Of a stretch of 64,000 nucleotides of DNA, positions 61,175 to 64,000 are shown piece after piece. The translations under genes were made by a program, and so were the position numbers. Every line of letters starts with the position of its first letter. The first letter of the stretch is position 1. Under the pieces are notes generated by a model. It was not told the DNA's origin. It ran no database searches and saw only the letters and a list, made by a program, of their open reading frames with translations. This DNA is from Mobula hypostoma (taxonomy: Eukaryota): positions 85,376,001 through 85,440,000 of the forward strand of contig NC_086108.1 in NCBI RefSeq assembly GCF_963921235.1. Direction: 5' to 3'.

Positions 61175-62679
61175 ACAAACATGAGAAAATCTGCAGATGC
61201 CAGAAATCTAAAGCAACACACACAAAATGCTGGAGGAACTCAGCAGTCAGGCAGCATCTCTGGAAAAAAGTAAACAGCTAAGGTTTTGGGCCAAGACCCT
61301 TCATCAGGACCGGAAAGAAAGAGGAGAAGCCTGAGTAAGAAGGTGGGGCGAGGGGAGGATGAAGATGGGGGGGGGGTGGTGGTGGCAGGAAAAACCAGGA
61401 GAGGGGGACGGGATGAAGTAAGAAGCTGGGAAGTTGATTGGTGAAAGTGATAAAGGGCTGGAGAAGGAGGAATCTGATAGGAGAGGATAGAAGACCATGG
61501 AAGAAAGGGGAAGGAGAGGGGCATCAATAGGAGGGGATGGGCAGCAATGGAGATAAGGTGATAGAGGGAAACAGGAATGGGGAATGGTGAAGAAGCTTCC
61601 CTTCCTTCACCATCAATGCTTCCCTCACCCACACCTCTTCCATTTCGTGCACATCTTCCCTTACCCCCTCCTCCCACCGCCATACCAGGGATAAGGTTCC
61701 TCTTGTCCTTACTTACCACCAGCCTCTGCATCTACCAAATAATTCTCTGTAACTTCTGGTACCTCCAACAAGATCCCGCCACCAAGCAAACCTTTCCCTT
61801 CCCCCTCCACTTTCTGCTTTCCCCATGGATTTCTTCCTACGCGTTTCCTTTGCCCACTTGCCCCTCCCTGCTGATCTCCCTCCTGGCACTTATCCTAGTA
61901 AGAGGAACAAGTGCCATACCTGCCCCTACACCTCCTCCCTCACTACCTTTCAGGGCCCAAACAGTCCTTCCAGGTGAGACGATACTTCACTTGTGAGTCT
62001 GTTGGGGGTCATCTACTGTATCCGGAGTTCATGGTGTGGCCTCCTGTATATCGAAGAGACCCAACACAGATTGGGAGACCACTTCACTCTGCCCCAAAAA
62101 ACGAGATCTCCTGATAGCCACCCATTTCAATTCTGCTTCCCCTCCCCATTCTGACATGTTCATGGTCTTCCCTACTGCTGCAGTGAGGCCACACTCAGGC
62201 TGGAGGAGCAACACCTTAAATTCTCTCGGGATAGCCTCCAACCTGATGGTATGAACATCAATTTCTTGAAATTCCGGTAATTACCACTGCCCCCTCTCCC
62301 TTCAGCATTCCGCATTCCTGTTTCTCCTTATCTCCTTACCATCTTCTTACCTGCCCATCATCTCCCTCTGGTGGTTCTCCTCTTCCCCTTTCTTCCATGG
62401 TCTTCTGTCTTCTCCTATCCGATTCCCCCGTCTCCAGCCATTTATCTCTTTCACCAATCAACTTGCCAGCTCTTTTCTTCATCCTCTCCCCTCTCCCGGT
62501 TTCACCTATTGCCTGCCATCTTGTACTACTTCCTCCCCTCCCCCCCACCTTCTTAATCTGGCTCCTCCTCTTCCTTTCCAGTCTTGATGAAGGGTCTCGG
62601 CCTGAAATGTCGACTGTACTCTTTTCCACAGATGCCGCCTGGCCTGCTGAGTTCCTCCAGCATTTTGTGTGTGCAGCCG
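61175..62679. mobile_element. Fold-back Penelope insertion with GIY-YIG remnant and a 15-bp TSD
   Basis: Left arm 61175-61592 (-); body 61593-62679 (+) with GPKQSFQVRRYFTCES; TSD aggtaaaggagt(a/g)tc at 61160-61174 / 62680-62694; hammerhead remnant at 62579-62616. Confidence 0.92.
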
Positions 62680-63679
62680 AGGTAAAGGAGTGTCTTTGTG
62701 TAAGGTGACTCTAACAGGAAATTGTAAAGTAATCTCTGTCCTGCTTATCTTACCTCTCCACTCTCTGTCCTGCTGTGGGGTTTTGAACTGACACATTGAC
62801 AGCCACTTTCCTCCCACAGATGCTACGTGATCCACTGAATTCCTCCAGCATGTTTTCTTGTTGTTGCTCCATACTCTTAGTGGTGGAGGGATGGAAGGGA
62901 CAAAGTAATTGCACTATGATGTGAGAACAAACATAGCAGCTATAGCATTAAGCAACACAATCTTCCTGTAGTGAGTCTAATGGAAGTAGAAAGCAATTGG
63001 CAGACAGCTGCAGGGCGAACATACACTGCTGTGCTGTAAGTAACATCCAAGTCTACAGAGTGAGGACAGCGAACTAATGAGTGAGCAAGAGGAGGTAGTA
63101 GCACAGTGACTGATATCACCAGGAAGGTGGGCAAAAGAACAAAGCACTTGTGAACAAAATATTTCAATGTACTTCAGAGCATCAAAAGAGTTTTTTTGCC
63201 ACTCTGTTCAGAGTCTGTTCTCTCAGAAGGAACAAAGTAGCAGCCACCTGGGAAGATCAGAAAAGACTTCAAAATGGAATGCAATGTCATTACAATTAAC
63301 AGCACAGAGAGTACTTGCCAAGAGCCAAACAAAAGAAGGAAATAAGTTGGCTTATCCCAGTTTCCAGGTCTTACTCAAGAACCTTGCACTTTATTATCAA
63401 ATGCTCATCCAGGTATTGCTCAAATGAGATGAGAGTTTCTGCCTCAATCACCTCGTCAAGCTGTGAGTTTCAAATCACAATGTCTCTCTCAGTGTTCCTT
63501 TCCCTTTCAATTCCCTTCTAAACCTTCATTTATGCTCTTTAGTTAATGAGGTACTTGCCCTAGGAAACAGATAGAAAAAATTATTGAATTGTTCAGTCAT
63601 CTCTGGTAGAGTTTCTGTTTGCTTCATTATAAAATTTGGTTTAGCTGTTTACATTTCCTCCTTTCTCGATCTTTCTGTC

Positions 63680-64000
63680 TCCTGTTGGCATGAATATCGA
63701 TATCTCCTTCCAGTAGCAAATTTCTCCCCCCACCTTCCTCATTTCCCCACTCTGACTGTTTACCTCTTCTCACCTGCCTATTGCTTTCTCCTGGGTCTCC
63801 TCCTCCTTCTCGTTCTCCTTTGGTCCGCTCACCTCTCCTCTCAGATTCTGTCTTCTCCAGCGTCTGTCCTTTCCCACCCACCTGGCTTCACCTTATCACC
63901 GTCTTGCTATCCTCCTACCCCTCTCTCCACCTTTTTGTTCTGTCATCTTCCCTCTTCCTTCTCAGTCCTGAAGAAGGGTCTCAGCCTGAAATGTTAACTA
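63680..64000 (+). mobile_element. Penelope 3' fragment running off the window edge
   Basis: ggcatgaatatcga, pyrimidine-rich UTR, cagtcctgaagaagggtctcagcctgaaatgtt. Confidence 0.8.

Overview
This is eukaryotic, repeat-dominated DNA, most likely intronic or intergenic sequence from a cartilaginous fish (shark or ray). That assignment is an inference from the repeat repertoire: CR1 LINEs with (TATGTTTC)n tails, Rex1/Babar-type LINEs, Penelope-like elements (PLEs), V-domain tRNA-SINEs, Gypsy LTR elements and old L2. I recognise no host protein-coding gene, rRNA, true tRNA or CRISPR array. The only long ORF (3716-6931) is a young CR1 ORF2 (APE endonuclease + RT) fused in frame to an older CR1 it landed in, and its catalytic motif reads FADG instead of FADD. 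Two decayed Gypsy proviruses of one family are present; the first (11252-20558) holds at least five nested insertions. There are three solo LTRs with target-site duplications (TSDs) plus one possible solo LTR. Several PLE insertions form fold-back (inverted) structures with ~15-bp TSDs and carry minimal hammerhead-ribozyme motifs. Other notable structures are a ~270-bp locally templated insertion (16350-16645), a 55-bp quasi-palindrome inside an L2 RT relic, and two candidate spliced exons in unique sequence (36188-36357, 47662-47727). I found no convincing evidence of a wholly new system. Boundaries of degenerate repeats are approximate and family names come from motif recognition, not database searches.
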